The notes beneath the pieces are model-generated. The model searched no databases and was not told the DNA's origin. It saw nothing but the letters and a program-made list of their open reading frames with translations. From Betaproteobacteria bacterium (GTDB lineage Bacteria; Pseudomonadota; Gammaproteobacteria; Burkholderiales; SG8-39): a stretch of DNA of 58,117 nucleotides. Shown here piece by piece: positions 20,327-29,229 of the stretch (position 1 is the stretch's first letter; each line of letters starts with the position of its first letter). The DNA is taken from contig JANMUI010000945.1 in NCBI GenBank assembly GCA_031391405.1, positions 1 to 58,117 on the forward strand, in the 5' to 3' direction. A program made the translations under genes and the position numbers.

Positions 20327-20944
20327 ATGATCCTGAGCCATGTCGACGCAAAGACTGCCATTGACGAAGTGATGGCCGCCTACGACGCCTACCTTCCCGC
20401 CGAGCTGAAGCTGGCCGTGGCGCAGAAGCCGGTGAACGAGATCTTCGTCTTCTGCGATGCGGCCACCTATGCAGCGAAATTCGACATCACCTGGTATTGC
20501 GTCTTCAAGAAGGCGATCAATTCGCTCAGCACCGACTACGCGGCCAGCACCGTGCCGGGTTTCTGCTCCTCGGAGAAGGACCGGACCGCACGCAAGATCT
20601 TCCTGCAGCGGGGTGTGTGCGACAACCCCTGTACCTACCACCATGAGTTCATCCACTGGCTGACGCACCAGGATTTCTACCCCATCTACTACACGGTCGG
20701 AGGCAACGCGCCCTTCCAGGTCGAAGGCGTCACCGAATACGCCACGAGAAGCATCAATCCGACCATCGCGCGGGCGCGCTCGGGCAGGTACGAAAAAAAC
20801 TACCTGAAGACCAAGAGTTGGGTCGATCGCTCGGCGGGCAACCGGGACACGGCGCTGACGCAGATGTTCCAGGGCGTCGGGGGCGGCAGCAAGGACGCAA
20901 GCCAGGCGGCGATCGCCAACACGCTGCAGAGCTTGCTGCCGTGA
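20327..20944 (+). CDS. hypothetical small cytoplasmic gluzincin-like protein (HEFIH ... EGVTEY)
   Basis: 205 aa. Plus-strand GC-rich third positions favour this frame over the antisense ORF 20306..20971. Contains CTYHHEFIHWLTH and, about 22 aa later, QVEGVTEYA, resembling HExxH...EGxxEY of MA-clan peptidases. No signal peptide. Confidence 0.6.
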   Translation: MILSHVDAKTAIDEVMAAYDAYLPAELKLAVAQKPVNEIFVFCDAATYAAKFDITWYCVFKKAINSLSTDYAASTVPGFCSSEKDRTARKIFLQRGVCDNPCTYHHEFIHWLTHQDFYPIYYTVGGNAPFQVEGVTEYATRSINPTIARARSGRYEKNYLKTKSWVDRSAGNRDTALTQMFQGVGGGSKDASQAAIANTLQSLLP

Positions 20945-21174
20945 GCTGAAAGTCGTTCCCCTGTCAGCCATCGGAGGCAGGCGCCGGCGCCCGCCCGAGA
21001 CATGCGTTGCTGCAAATCGTTGTTCGGGTCGTCGCGGCCTTTCTGATCAAGCAGGCGGGCGCCAAGCGTAGTGAAGCCCACGCTGGCGGGCTCACCCCTT
21101 TCCAGCGCTTTGGCTCGGCAGCGAATCTGAACATTCACCAATCGGGTTCGACGCTTTCGGGATGGACGTCTGGT

Positions 21175-21212
21175 TTGACATTGACATTTGATGTTTGATG
21201 TATTAGCATCAA
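21175..21212 (+). promoter_or_regulatory. putative vapBC promoter/operator
   Basis: TTGACA TTGACA TTTGATG TTTGATG TATTAG CATCAA. The second TTGACA (21181-21186) is 17 nt from TAGCAT (21204-21209). There are direct TTTGATG repeats and a TTGATG-N6-CATCAA inverted repeat. Lies 42 nt upstream of vapB. Confidence 0.45.
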
Positions 21213-21253
21213 CTGTGAGAACAGTTTCCCGAATCTCGGAATTCATAGCATCC

Positions 21254-21496
21254 ATGCGTACCACCCTCGATATTGCCGATGATGTCCTTGAAGCCGCACG
21301 CGATCGCGCCAAGCGCGATAAGAAATCCATTGGCGAAGTGATTTCCAATTTGGCACGCACTGCGTTGGTGTCGCCGCCGCAGGCCCTTGTCGTCCGCGAG
21401 CCGAAGGCAATCTACGGATTGCGACCCTTTCCAAAACGGGGCGGCATCGTAACGAACGAGCTCATCGACAATCTGCGCGACGATGACGTCTATTGA
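21254..21496 (+). CDS. vapB: type II antitoxin, VapB-like (ribbon-helix-helix)
   Basis: Trimmed to ATG 21254: MRTTLDIADDVLEAARDRAKRDKKSIGEVISNLARTAL... 80 aa. Overlaps the PIN gene. Confidence 0.8.
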   Translation: MRTTLDIADDVLEAARDRAKRDKKSIGEVISNLARTALVSPPQALVVREPKAIYGLRPFPKRGGIVTNELIDNLRDDDVY

Positions 21497-21924
21497 TGCG
21501 TGCGCTGCTCGACGTCAATGTGTTAATCGCATTGCTCGACGCCGAGCACGTTGCCCATTCGCGAGCGCTAGCATGGTTCACTGAATTCGCGAAGGGCGGG
21601 TGGGCGTCTAGCCCGATTACCCAGAACGGGTGCATACGCATCATGTCCAGCCCGGCGTATCCCAATCCCCTGCCTGTGCGTTCGGTCGTCGAACGTCTGA
21701 GCGCAGCGACCGGAGCGCCACAACATGAATTCTGGGCCGATGGTGTGAGCCTGCTTGATGCGCGCATCGCCGACCCCATGCGAATTCACGGACCCCGCCA
21801 ACTCACGGACGTCTATTTGCTGGCGCTTGCCGTGAGTCGCGGCGGGCAATTCGTGACATTCGATTCGGCAATTCCGCGCGAAGCGGCGAAGGGTGCCGAG
21901 CGCAGGCACATCCTCGTGTTGTAG
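21496..21924 (+). CDS. vapC: PIN-domain ribonuclease toxin, VapC (TIGR00028-like)
   Basis: MRALLDVNVLIALLDAEHVAH...LTDVYLLALAV...FVTFD. The ATG overlaps the vapB TGA (TGATG); the track begins one codon earlier at TTG 21493. Confidence 0.85.
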   Translation: MRALLDVNVLIALLDAEHVAHSRALAWFTEFAKGGWASSPITQNGCIRIMSSPAYPNPLPVRSVVERLSAATGAPQHEFWADGVSLLDARIADPMRIHGPRQLTDVYLLALAVSRGGQFVTFDSAIPREAAKGAERRHILVL

Positions 21925-21964
21925 CGACTGGCTGGCCGCGCGTATTTTCCCAAGTGGACAATGC

Positions 21965-23098
21965 TCATTGAACGACGATCAACGTGTCGTTCGAACAATA
22001 GTCCGAGAGGATTTCGCAGCCCTGGCTGGTCACGACCAACATGTCTTTCAACTGCATGCCGAATCCATGGCCGGTCCGATAGCAAAGGGGTTCGAATCCA
22101 AGGACCATGCCTGCTTCGAGAAAGGCGTCTCCCGCGCGCCCGATCTCGGGCGTTTTGCCAAGATAAGGATCCTCATGCAGGAAGAGACCAATGCCATGTC
22201 CGACGAACGATATCGGCGGCAGGTTTAACTCGGCGAGTTTCTTGATGAACGCATCGTAGATCGATTTGCAACTGGCGCCGGGCTTGGTCTGTTCGAGCAG
22301 TTGATATTTGCATTCGACCAGATGCCGCCAGATGCGCTCGGCATGCGGGGGCGCCTTCTGCACGACCGCCGTGCGGCACACGCCCGCGTGGTAGCCCGCA
22401 ATGATCGGAAAGATCTCGATCCGGCACACGTCGCCCGCCTGAAGCTTTCGTTCGGTCGGGCCCACATTCGGGAGCTCACTCCGCTCGCCGGTGGCAACGA
22501 TCATCAGTTTGAATTGCTCTGCACCCAGCGCGTAGACATTGCGGGTCAGGTGACCTGCAAGATCCATTTCGGTATCGCCCGCTTTGATCGTGCGCAGTGC
22601 ATCAGTGATGGCTTGATCGGCAATGCGCGAAAGGCGGCGGAGCAGTGCGATCTCGTCCGGCGTTTTGATCTGGCGCAGACGCGCGAATATATGCTGATCC
22701 GGTATCAGGGCCGCAGCCGGTATGGCTTCCTGCAGCTTGGCAAAGTCGCTCGCGGGCAGGTAATCCATCTCGATCCCGACCTTCGCGGTGGCAAGGCCCA
22801 TCTCGCGCAAGAGATCGGCGAGCGAAGCGATGCAGTTGTCGTCGAACTCGGCCCAGATTTTCGTGCGTGCGCCGGGCTCGCGCCGGCCAATGGTAGTCGC
22901 CTCCATATCGACGCCGAGGATCGCAGTCTCGCCGCTCGCGGTCACGATCGACATTGCATGGCGGTGGCGCATCAGCGGCTGCGACGGGACGATGAAGCCG
23001 GTAAGGTAGCCGAAATTCTCCGGGGAGCAGGTAACGAGTGCGTCGAGGCCGTGATGTTTGGCGGCGGCGGCGGCGCGGGTAACGATGTCGGTTCTCAT
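21965..23098 (-). CDS. M24-family Xaa-Pro dipeptidase/creatinase-like hydrolase
   Basis: 377 aa. N-terminal creatinase-type domain. C-terminal pita-bread motifs GDVCRIEI, HGIGLFLHE and FEPLCY. Confidence 0.85.
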   Translation of the reverse strand: MRTDIVTRAAAAAKHHGLDALVTCSPENFGYLTGFIVPSQPLMRHRHAMSIVTASGETAILGVDMEATTIGRREPGARTKIWAEFDDNCIASLADLLREMGLATAKVGIEMDYLPASDFAKLQEAIPAAALIPDQHIFARLRQIKTPDEIALLRRLSRIADQAITDALRTIKAGDTEMDLAGHLTRNVYALGAEQFKLMIVATGERSELPNVGPTERKLQAGDVCRIEIFPIIAGYHAGVCRTAVVQKAPPHAERIWRHLVECKYQLLEQTKPGASCKSIYDAFIKKLAELNLPPISFVGHGIGLFLHEDPYLGKTPEIGRAGDAFLEAGMVLGFEPLCYRTGHGFGMQLKDMLVVTSQGCEILSDYCSNDTLIVVQ

Positions 23099-23142
23099 GC
23101 AGCGGTCCCTCTATGGCACTCAGACACCTACGTCACTCAGGA

Positions 23143-23268
23143 ATTCACCACAGAGGACGCGGAGGACACAGAGGAAAAGCGGGGATCAGGTAACCGCGAT
23201 TGGCGCTTCTCTTTTCCCGTTTCTCGATCCCCGAATTGCTGCGTCCTCTGCGTCCCCTGTGGTTCAGA
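23143..23268. repeat. Family A palindromic element, copy 2
   Basis: Arms are ATTCACCACAGAGGACGCGGAGGACACAGAGG (23143-23174) and CTGCGTCCTCTGCGTCCCCTGTGGTTCAG (23239-23267). The element fills the gap between two minus-strand genes and ends 2 nt from the stop of the enolase-family gene. Confidence 0.75.
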
Positions 23269-23269
23269 T

Positions 23270-24430
23270 CTAGTCAGGAACCCGATACTTCTCGATCTTC
23301 GCCTCATCGACCGCGATCCCGAGTCCTGGTGTATCCGGCACCTCGATCGCGCCGTCCACGAACCGCATCGGCGCGGCGAGCAGATCGTCTCGATAGTAGA
23401 TTCCCCCCATCCGGCCATCGAGATATTCGGCGGGCGTGGAGACTGGAACAACACACGACAGTGTGACCGCAGGCGCCGCTGCCGCGAGCGTGATGTTCGC
23501 GCGGTTGCCAACACCCAGTTCGACCGAGCCATTCACATTGCAGATAATGCCGGCGGCGCGGCAGACCGCGGCCACCTCCATTGCCTTGTACAGCCCCCCC
23601 GGCTTGGTCGTATAGATCGACACGATTTCGGCCGCACGCCGTTCGATGATCTGCACCACATCATGGGCGTTCCAGGCACTTTCATCGGCCATGACCGGCG
23701 TGTCGATCGCGCGGGAGACCTCGGCGATGCGCTCGATGCCCATGACCGGTTGCTCCGCGTACTTCAATCCGTACGGTTCCATTGCGCGAATCGTTCGGAT
23801 GGCTTCGCCGGCGGTCGCATATCCTTCATTCGCATCGACGCACAGATCGATGTCGGGTCCGACCGCCTCGCGAATCCGTCGCACGATCTCGACATCGCGC
23901 TTGGGCGTCTGTCCCACCTTGATCTTGATGGTGCGAATGCCTTCCTTGACGACCTGCGCGCATTCGACAACCGCCTCTTCGATGCCAAGCAATCCGATCG
24001 AATGGGTTACCGGAATGCGATCGCGCGCTCGTCCCCCAAGTAGCGTATAGGCTGGAACGCCCAGATGCCGTGCGGTGAGATCGTAATACGCGAATTCGAT
24101 TGCGGCCTTGGCGTACGGATAACCCTTGACGCCCGCGTCCATGCGGCGGTGCAACTCGACGAAATCGCCAAGCGGCATGCCCTGCACGGCCGGCGCGAGA
24201 TAATTTGCGATGACGAGCCGCGCGATGCTGGGCGACTCGCCGAAATAGCGCCCGAACTCGCCGCCCCAATCCTTGAGCGCCGGTGCTTCGCCCCAACCGA
24301 CGCGGCCGGAGGAGTCGGTCAGCTTTGTGAGGACATAACGACCGATCGGTTCAGTGAGCCCTGTCCATCTGTGCTCGCGTCGCGTCGGTACAGCGACGAG
24401 CAACGTCTCGATATTGACCAGGGTGTCCAT
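23270..24430 (-). CDS. enolase-superfamily enzyme (mandelate racemase / muconate lactonizing family)
   Basis: 386 aa. Contains KIKVG, LCVDANEGY, YAEQP and MADES, the metal-ligand and catalytic pattern of the MR/MLE subgroup. Confidence 0.85.
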   Translation of the reverse strand: MDTLVNIETLLVAVPTRREHRWTGLTEPIGRYVLTKLTDSSGRVGWGEAPALKDWGGEFGRYFGESPSIARLVIANYLAPAVQGMPLGDFVELHRRMDAGVKGYPYAKAAIEFAYYDLTARHLGVPAYTLLGGRARDRIPVTHSIGLLGIEEAVVECAQVVKEGIRTIKIKVGQTPKRDVEIVRRIREAVGPDIDLCVDANEGYATAGEAIRTIRAMEPYGLKYAEQPVMGIERIAEVSRAIDTPVMADESAWNAHDVVQIIERRAAEIVSIYTTKPGGLYKAMEVAAVCRAAGIICNVNGSVELGVGNRANITLAAAAPAVTLSCVVPVSTPAEYLDGRMGGIYYRDDLLAAPMRFVDGAIEVPDTPGLGIAVDEAKIEKYRVPD

Positions 24431-24781
24431 GCGAATCGTTCCAGCGGATCCAATTGATCCAGACGGCGCACGCGACGCTGTCCGTTGATTCGGGTTTGCG
24501 CATTCGGAGGTTGGCGCCGCGCGCGCCCAACACTTCCATCGCTGCCAGCATACCGCAACGACCAGAAGATCCGGCTATCGGGCCACCGACTCCAGCCCGA
24601 CCAGGAAGTCTTGCGCTTGCGCGCGATCGCGATGGCGATGAGAAAAGAGAAACAGCGTCGGACCATTGGACGGGTTCCCGGGGCGATGGCGCGTGTGTGC
24701 AGAGGCAGAAACTACGATAACGCGATTCGCATGGCGATGAATTTGTACGGGTCAGGTTCGTTTCCGAGGTTCTCAGACCCG

Positions 24782-25279
24782 CTATCGAATCTGCGGTCTG
24801 CCCGCCTCGGTAACCGCCTCGCCGTAGACCATCAGCGCGATACCCGCACGGTAGGCGCCGCTCTCGCACACGGCGCACGCCCGCGATGTGCCGAACAGCT
24901 CGGCGCCCCGGGTCTCGTCTGCGCCGAAGCGGCGGATGGCGTCCCGGATTGCTTGCATCTCAGCATGCGCGGTGGGGTCGCTGTTCGTGACGACGGCGCT
25001 GATTCCTTCACCGATGATCCTGGCATCCTTCACGACCACGGCGCCGTACGGCTGATCACCGCGAGCGATCGCGAGTCGGCGCATTTCGAAGGCCCGTTGT
25101 ATGAACGCGGCACGATTGCGAACCTGCGGCTGCGTGATCTCGTTTACCTGTTCGGCTGCGAATACACGCCCGGTCATGCCACCGACCATCAGTCCGGCGA
25201 TTGTCTGTAACGCACGCCGGCGCGCCGTATTACACCTGCACGACACGGCGCAATCGCGGCGGATTGCCGCCTGTCTCAA
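24782..25279 (-). CDS. CDA-fold nucleoside/nucleotide deaminase with a twin-arginine signal-like N-terminus
   Basis: HAEMQAIR zinc motif and ACAVC (a variant of PCxxC). N-terminus ...NTARRRALQTIAGLMVGGMTGRVFAAEQ. TTG start (25279) overlaps the upstream VOC stop by 2 nt; internal ATGs are alternative starts. Confidence 0.65.
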   Translation of the reverse strand: MRQAAIRRDCAVSCRCNTARRRALQTIAGLMVGGMTGRVFAAEQVNEITQPQVRNRAAFIQRAFEMRRLAIARGDQPYGAVVVKDARIIGEGISAVVTNSDPTAHAEMQAIRDAIRRFGADETRGAELFGTSRACAVCESGAYRAGIALMVYGEAVTEAGRPQIR

Positions 25280-25770
25280 GCGCTTGCTGCCTGGGCCTTC
25301 TTGGCTTGCCAGCGATCGAGCTTTGCCCGCGCGCCGTTTTTCGCCGGGTCGGTGGCTTCGGCGTGATTGCTCGCCTTGGCGGTGAGCTCGATCACATAAC
25401 CGTTCGGGTCGCGAAAATAGACCGAATGGATGAACCCATGATCGGAAATGCCGCGCGTCTCGAAGCCTTGTGCCTTGCCCTTCGCAAGCATCGGCGCAAG
25501 CGCCGACGGTTCGACTTCCAAGGCGATATGCAGATCGAAATCGTGCTGATTCTTGAATTCGAACGGCATATCGGGCGCCTCGAAGAAGGCGAGATACGAG
25601 CCGTCGTCCAACGCATAGAACGTGTGCAACGTGGAAGTCTGCCGGCCAGTGATCGTCTGGCTGATATCGAGTGTGCAGGCGAGAGGCAGCCCGAGGAAAT
25701 CCTCATAGAACGCACGCGTTTGCGCAGAATCGCGGCAGCGGTACGCGTTGTGATGAAGCTTCTTGATCAT
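25276..25770 (-). CDS. VOC-family protein
   Basis: Trimmed to ATG 25770: MIKKLHHNAYRCRDSAQTRAFYEDFLGL...HIALEV...IHSVYFRDPNGYVIEL. Confidence 0.75.
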   Translation of the reverse strand: MIKKLHHNAYRCRDSAQTRAFYEDFLGLPLACTLDISQTITGRQTSTLHTFYALDDGSYLAFFEAPDMPFEFKNQHDFDLHIALEVEPSALAPMLAKGKAQGFETRGISDHGFIHSVYFRDPNGYVIELTAKASNHAEATDPAKNGARAKLDRWQAKKAQAASA

Positions 25771-25916
25771 GATGAAATCCTGTCGGCTCAAAGCGGTGAG
25801 GCCGATTCACCACGACGGGGCAACGACTCAACGCGACTTGACGTTGCGTGCATTGAATTTCTCGTGACCGTTGAGGTCGTCGTGGTGTCGTGGTGAATCA
25901 CCAAGGCTGCCCGGCT

Positions 25917-26588
25917 TCAGGCGGTCCCGAACTTGACGTCTTTCATCGAGCCTGCGAAGCCGTAGAACACTTCATATACCTTCGGCCAGCTCTTCATCGA
26001 TTTCATCGTGGTGAGCCAGCGATTGACATTGGGATAGGCCGTGTAATCTTGCCGAATGATCTCGCCCAGCCCGATGAACGACACGCCGAAATAATCGGCG
26101 ATCGATATCTCGTTGCCGCAGAGGTACTTGTTCGACTTGAGAATATCCTTGTCGAGAATAGTGAGCCACCCTTTGGCGCGTTCTTTCGCCCAGGCGAGCT
26201 GCCCTTTCTGTTGTTCATCGCTTGGACGCTTGTGCGTCGGGAAAATCTGCGGATACACGAGACCGTAGGCGAAATCGCGGCAGACCTGCGTGTTGATCCA
26301 GTCCATCATCTCGTTGACGCGGGCGCGCTTTTGAAGATCCTTCGGGTATGCGGGCGACCCGCTCTTCTCGGCCAGGTACTTGAGGATCGCCGAGCTTTCG
26401 GTCAAGCGAAAATCGCCATCTTCCAAAAGGGGTACAAGCCGCGTCGGATTCATTGCGGCGAACGGCGGTTGCATGTGTTCGCCCTTCATCAGATCGACGA
26501 CCTGATACTCCGCGTCGAGCCCGTTTTCCATCGCGAACAGCATGACCGGGCGGCTGGTAGTCGATACCGGGTGGTAATAGATCTTCAT
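25917..26588 (-). CDS. glutathione S-transferase
   Basis: Trimmed to ATG 26588: MKIYYHPVSTTSRPV...VPLLEDGDFRLTESSAILKYL (the GST N-terminal thioredoxin-like fold), plus a C-terminal helical domain. Confidence 0.85.
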   Translation of the reverse strand: MKIYYHPVSTTSRPVMLFAMENGLDAEYQVVDLMKGEHMQPPFAAMNPTRLVPLLEDGDFRLTESSAILKYLAEKSGSPAYPKDLQKRARVNEMMDWINTQVCRDFAYGLVYPQIFPTHKRPSDEQQKGQLAWAKERAKGWLTILDKDILKSNKYLCGNEISIADYFGVSFIGLGEIIRQDYTAYPNVNRWLTTMKSMKSWPKVYEVFYGFAGSMKDVKFGTA

Positions 26589-27001
26589 CGTTTTATCTCC
26601 TTCGGTACGGTGCGCCGAGGGCAGGGCGCGTTGGTGTGCCCGGACGAGCATCCCGGGCGCCTCTAGTCTAAATCAAGTCTAAATCAAGCTGCCTCGCCGG
26701 CATCAACCGGCGAAGTCGGAAAGCCCGGGGTCCAGGCGGGGGCAATGACCCGCGTCCTCCCGGCGTGATCACGACGGACCGTGTGTCATCACCCATTTAG
26801 CTCGGGAAAATTTGTAAATCGTCAAGTCCAATGTGTATCTGGGGTATACTTGCGAGGTTGTCATTCACCGCGTGATGGCCCTGCGCACGCTTTTCCTCCT
26901 TCGGATTTCTGACGCGCCGCTTCGGCGGCCAACCACGAATCCGTCGCGAACCCGGCCCGTAGGTCCATTCGTCTCCGCCGGGTTGTCCAAAGGTCAGTCG
27001 T

Positions 27002-28444
27002 TTGAGTTCTTTTGCTGAGTTAGGTCTCGCCGAGCCCATATTGCGGGCAGTCGCCGAGAAAGGGTATGTCGACCCTACGCCCATCCAGGCGCAGGCGATT
27101 CCGGTGGTTCTCTCCGGGCTGGATATGATGGGCGGTGCGCAAACCGGCACCGGCAAGACGGCGGGTTTCGTGCTGCCGATCCTCAACAAGCTGCTGCGGC
27201 ACGCTAATACAAGTACGTCACCAGCGCGCCATCAGATCCGCGCGCTCATTCTCGCACCGACGCGCGAGCTCGCCGTGCAGGTCGAAGAAAGCGTCCAGAG
27301 CTACGCGAAGTACACGAATCTTCGCAGCACCGTCCTCTACGGCGGCGTACCGATCGACCCGCAAATGGCGATCCTCCGCCAGGGCGTTGAGATTGTCGTC
27401 GCGACACCCGGCCGGCTGCTCGATCACGTGCAGCAGCGCACGGTGCATCTCGGGCAGGTCGAAGTCTTCGTACTCGATGAAGCCGATCGCATGCTCGACA
27501 TGGGGTTCATCCCCGATATCAAGCGCATCATCGCCTTGCTGCCGAAAGAGCGTCAGAGCCTTCTGTTCTCGGCGACCTTTCCCGATGACGTCAAGAGGCT
27601 CGCCGATACGCTCTTGAAGAATCCGGTGACGATCCAGGTTGCCAAGCGGAATGCCCTGGCCGAGGGCGTCGTGCATCGCGTGCATCCGGTGGCACGCGAA
27701 CGCAAGCGCGATCTACTGATCCACTTGATTCGTTCGCGCAACATGCACCAGGTGCTCGTGTTCACCGGGACCCGCATGGGGTGTAACCGGCTTACCTATC
27801 AACTGAACAAGGAAGGCGTTCACGCCGCTGCTATTCACGGCGACAAGACGCAGACCGAGCGGACGGAAGCGCTCGAAGCGTTCAAGGCGGGCAAGGTGGG
27901 CGTCCTGGTCGCTACCGACGTCGCGGCACGCGGGCTCGATATCGAAGAGCTTCCTTCGGTCGTGAACTTCGATCTCCCGCATACGCCCGATGACTATGTG
28001 CATCGGATCGGTCGTACCGGTCGTGCCGGCAAGGAAGGCGAGGCGATTTCATTGGTATCGCCTGACGATCACGAGAAGCTCGCCGATATCGAGAAGATGC
28101 TCAAGCGCCGCATCGAATGTCTGATCGTCGAGGGGTTCAGCCCGGATGGCCGCGACGCTGCGACCATCATATCGCCGCCCGTGCGAGAGCCAAGTGGTCG
28201 GCGCGATGAAGGTCACGATCGCCTCACGCACCGTCCCGAACCCCGGCGAACCGAAAGCAGCCGCCAGGAATCGAGTCGGGGTGGCGCACGCAGCGGCCGT
28301 CGGAATGGGCCTATGGATCCGATATTTACCAAGCCCTATGAACCGGGTATCGGCATTGCGCCGCCGAAGCAACCCTCCGTCGATCAGGTCGCAGCGAAAC
28401 GGCCACAAGTGGCGGCGCTGCTGGGCGGGCTGGTTAAACGCTAG
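27002..28444 (+). CDS. rhlE: DEAD-box ATP-dependent RNA helicase (RhlE-like) with a basic C-terminal tail
   Basis: Q motif (F..LGL...GY..PTPIQ), [18 protein letters not shown] (VLDEADRM), SAT and [13 protein letters not shown] start; the exact start is uncertain. Confidence 0.9.
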   Translation: MSSFAELGLAEPILRAVAEKGYVDPTPIQAQAIPVVLSGLDMMGGAQTGTGKTAGFVLPILNKLLRHANTSTSPARHQIRALILAPTRELAVQVEESVQSYAKYTNLRSTVLYGGVPIDPQMAILRQGVEIVVATPGRLLDHVQQRTVHLGQVEVFVLDEADRMLDMGFIPDIKRIIALLPKERQSLLFSATFPDDVKRLADTLLKNPVTIQVAKRNALAEGVVHRVHPVARERKRDLLIHLIRSRNMHQVLVFTGTRMGCNRLTYQLNKEGVHAAAIHGDKTQTERTEALEAFKAGKVGVLVATDVAARGLDIEELPSVVNFDLPHTPDDYVHRIGRTGRAGKEGEAISLVSPDDHEKLADIEKMLKRRIECLIVEGFSPDGRDAATIISPPVREPSGRRDEGHDRLTHRPEPRRTESSRQESSRGGARSGRRNGPMDPIFTKPYEPGIGIAPPKQPSVDQVAAKRPQVAALLGGLVKR

Positions 28445-28452
28445 AACGCGCG

Positions 28453-29214
28453 CTATACGCAGCGCGCGCCGTCGACCTCCAGGCACACGCCGCTTACGAG
28501 CGACGCCTCGTCGCTTGCCAGGTACAGGCAGGCCTGCGCAACGTCGAGCGCGGTAGAAAACCGTCCCATCGGAATGGTTGCGCGAAAGCGCGCCTTCGCT
28601 GCGTCATCGACCGTACCGCCGGCGAATCCCGAAGAGAGCGCGGTATCCGGATTGAACACCGGATTGACGCAATTGACGCGGATGTTCGCCGGACCGAATT
28701 CCACGGCGAGCGATTTCGACAAATTGATCACCGCCGCCTTCGAAGCGTTGTAGACGCCGAGATTCGGTCGCGGGCGCACGCCGGCGGTCGAAGCGATATT
28801 GACGAAATTGCCGCCGCCTTGCTTCTGATAGATGGGGATCGCGTGCTGCGCCGAAAGAAGGATGCTCTTCACATTGATCGCGAAGGTCTTGTCGAATTCG
28901 GCTTCGGTCACCAGCACCGTGGATTTCGCCGAATACGTCCATCCGGCATTGTTGATGACGCTATCAAGGCGTCCGTGCGCGGAGAGCGCGGCGCTCACCA
29001 CGCGTTCCCAGTCGGCGGCCTTGGTGACGTCGCCATGAACGAATTTGGCGGTGCCGCCCGCCTGATTGATCTCGGCCGTGACGCGCTCTCCACCCGCTGC
29101 GTTGATGTCGTTCACGATGAGCTTGGCGCCCTGCTCACCGAACAGTTTGGCGATCCCTGCGCCGATGCCTGAACCGGCGCCCGTTACGATGATCGATTTG
29201 CCTTGTAGTCGCAT
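28453..29214 (-). CDS. short-chain dehydrogenase/reductase (classical SDR)
   Basis: TGAGSGIG, NNAG, YNASKAA and the SDR C-terminal pattern ASLVSGVCLEVDGA. Confidence 0.85.
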   Translation of the reverse strand: MRLQGKSIIVTGAGSGIGAGIAKLFGEQGAKLIVNDINAAGGERVTAEINQAGGTAKFVHGDVTKAADWERVVSAALSAHGRLDSVINNAGWTYSAKSTVLVTEAEFDKTFAINVKSILLSAQHAIPIYQKQGGGNFVNIASTAGVRPRPNLGVYNASKAAVINLSKSLAVEFGPANIRVNCVNPVFNPDTALSSGFAGGTVDDAAKARFRATIPMGRFSTALDVAQACLYLASDEASLVSGVCLEVDGARCV

Positions 29215-29229
29215 AGTGTCCCTTTCGAA

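Noticed and set aside
20306-20971. 221-aa minus-strand ORF opposite the HExxH gene
   Set aside because: The translation is Arg/Gly/Val-rich with shadow-like composition. The plus-strand frame has the GC-rich third positions typical of this genome and a coherent motif pair.
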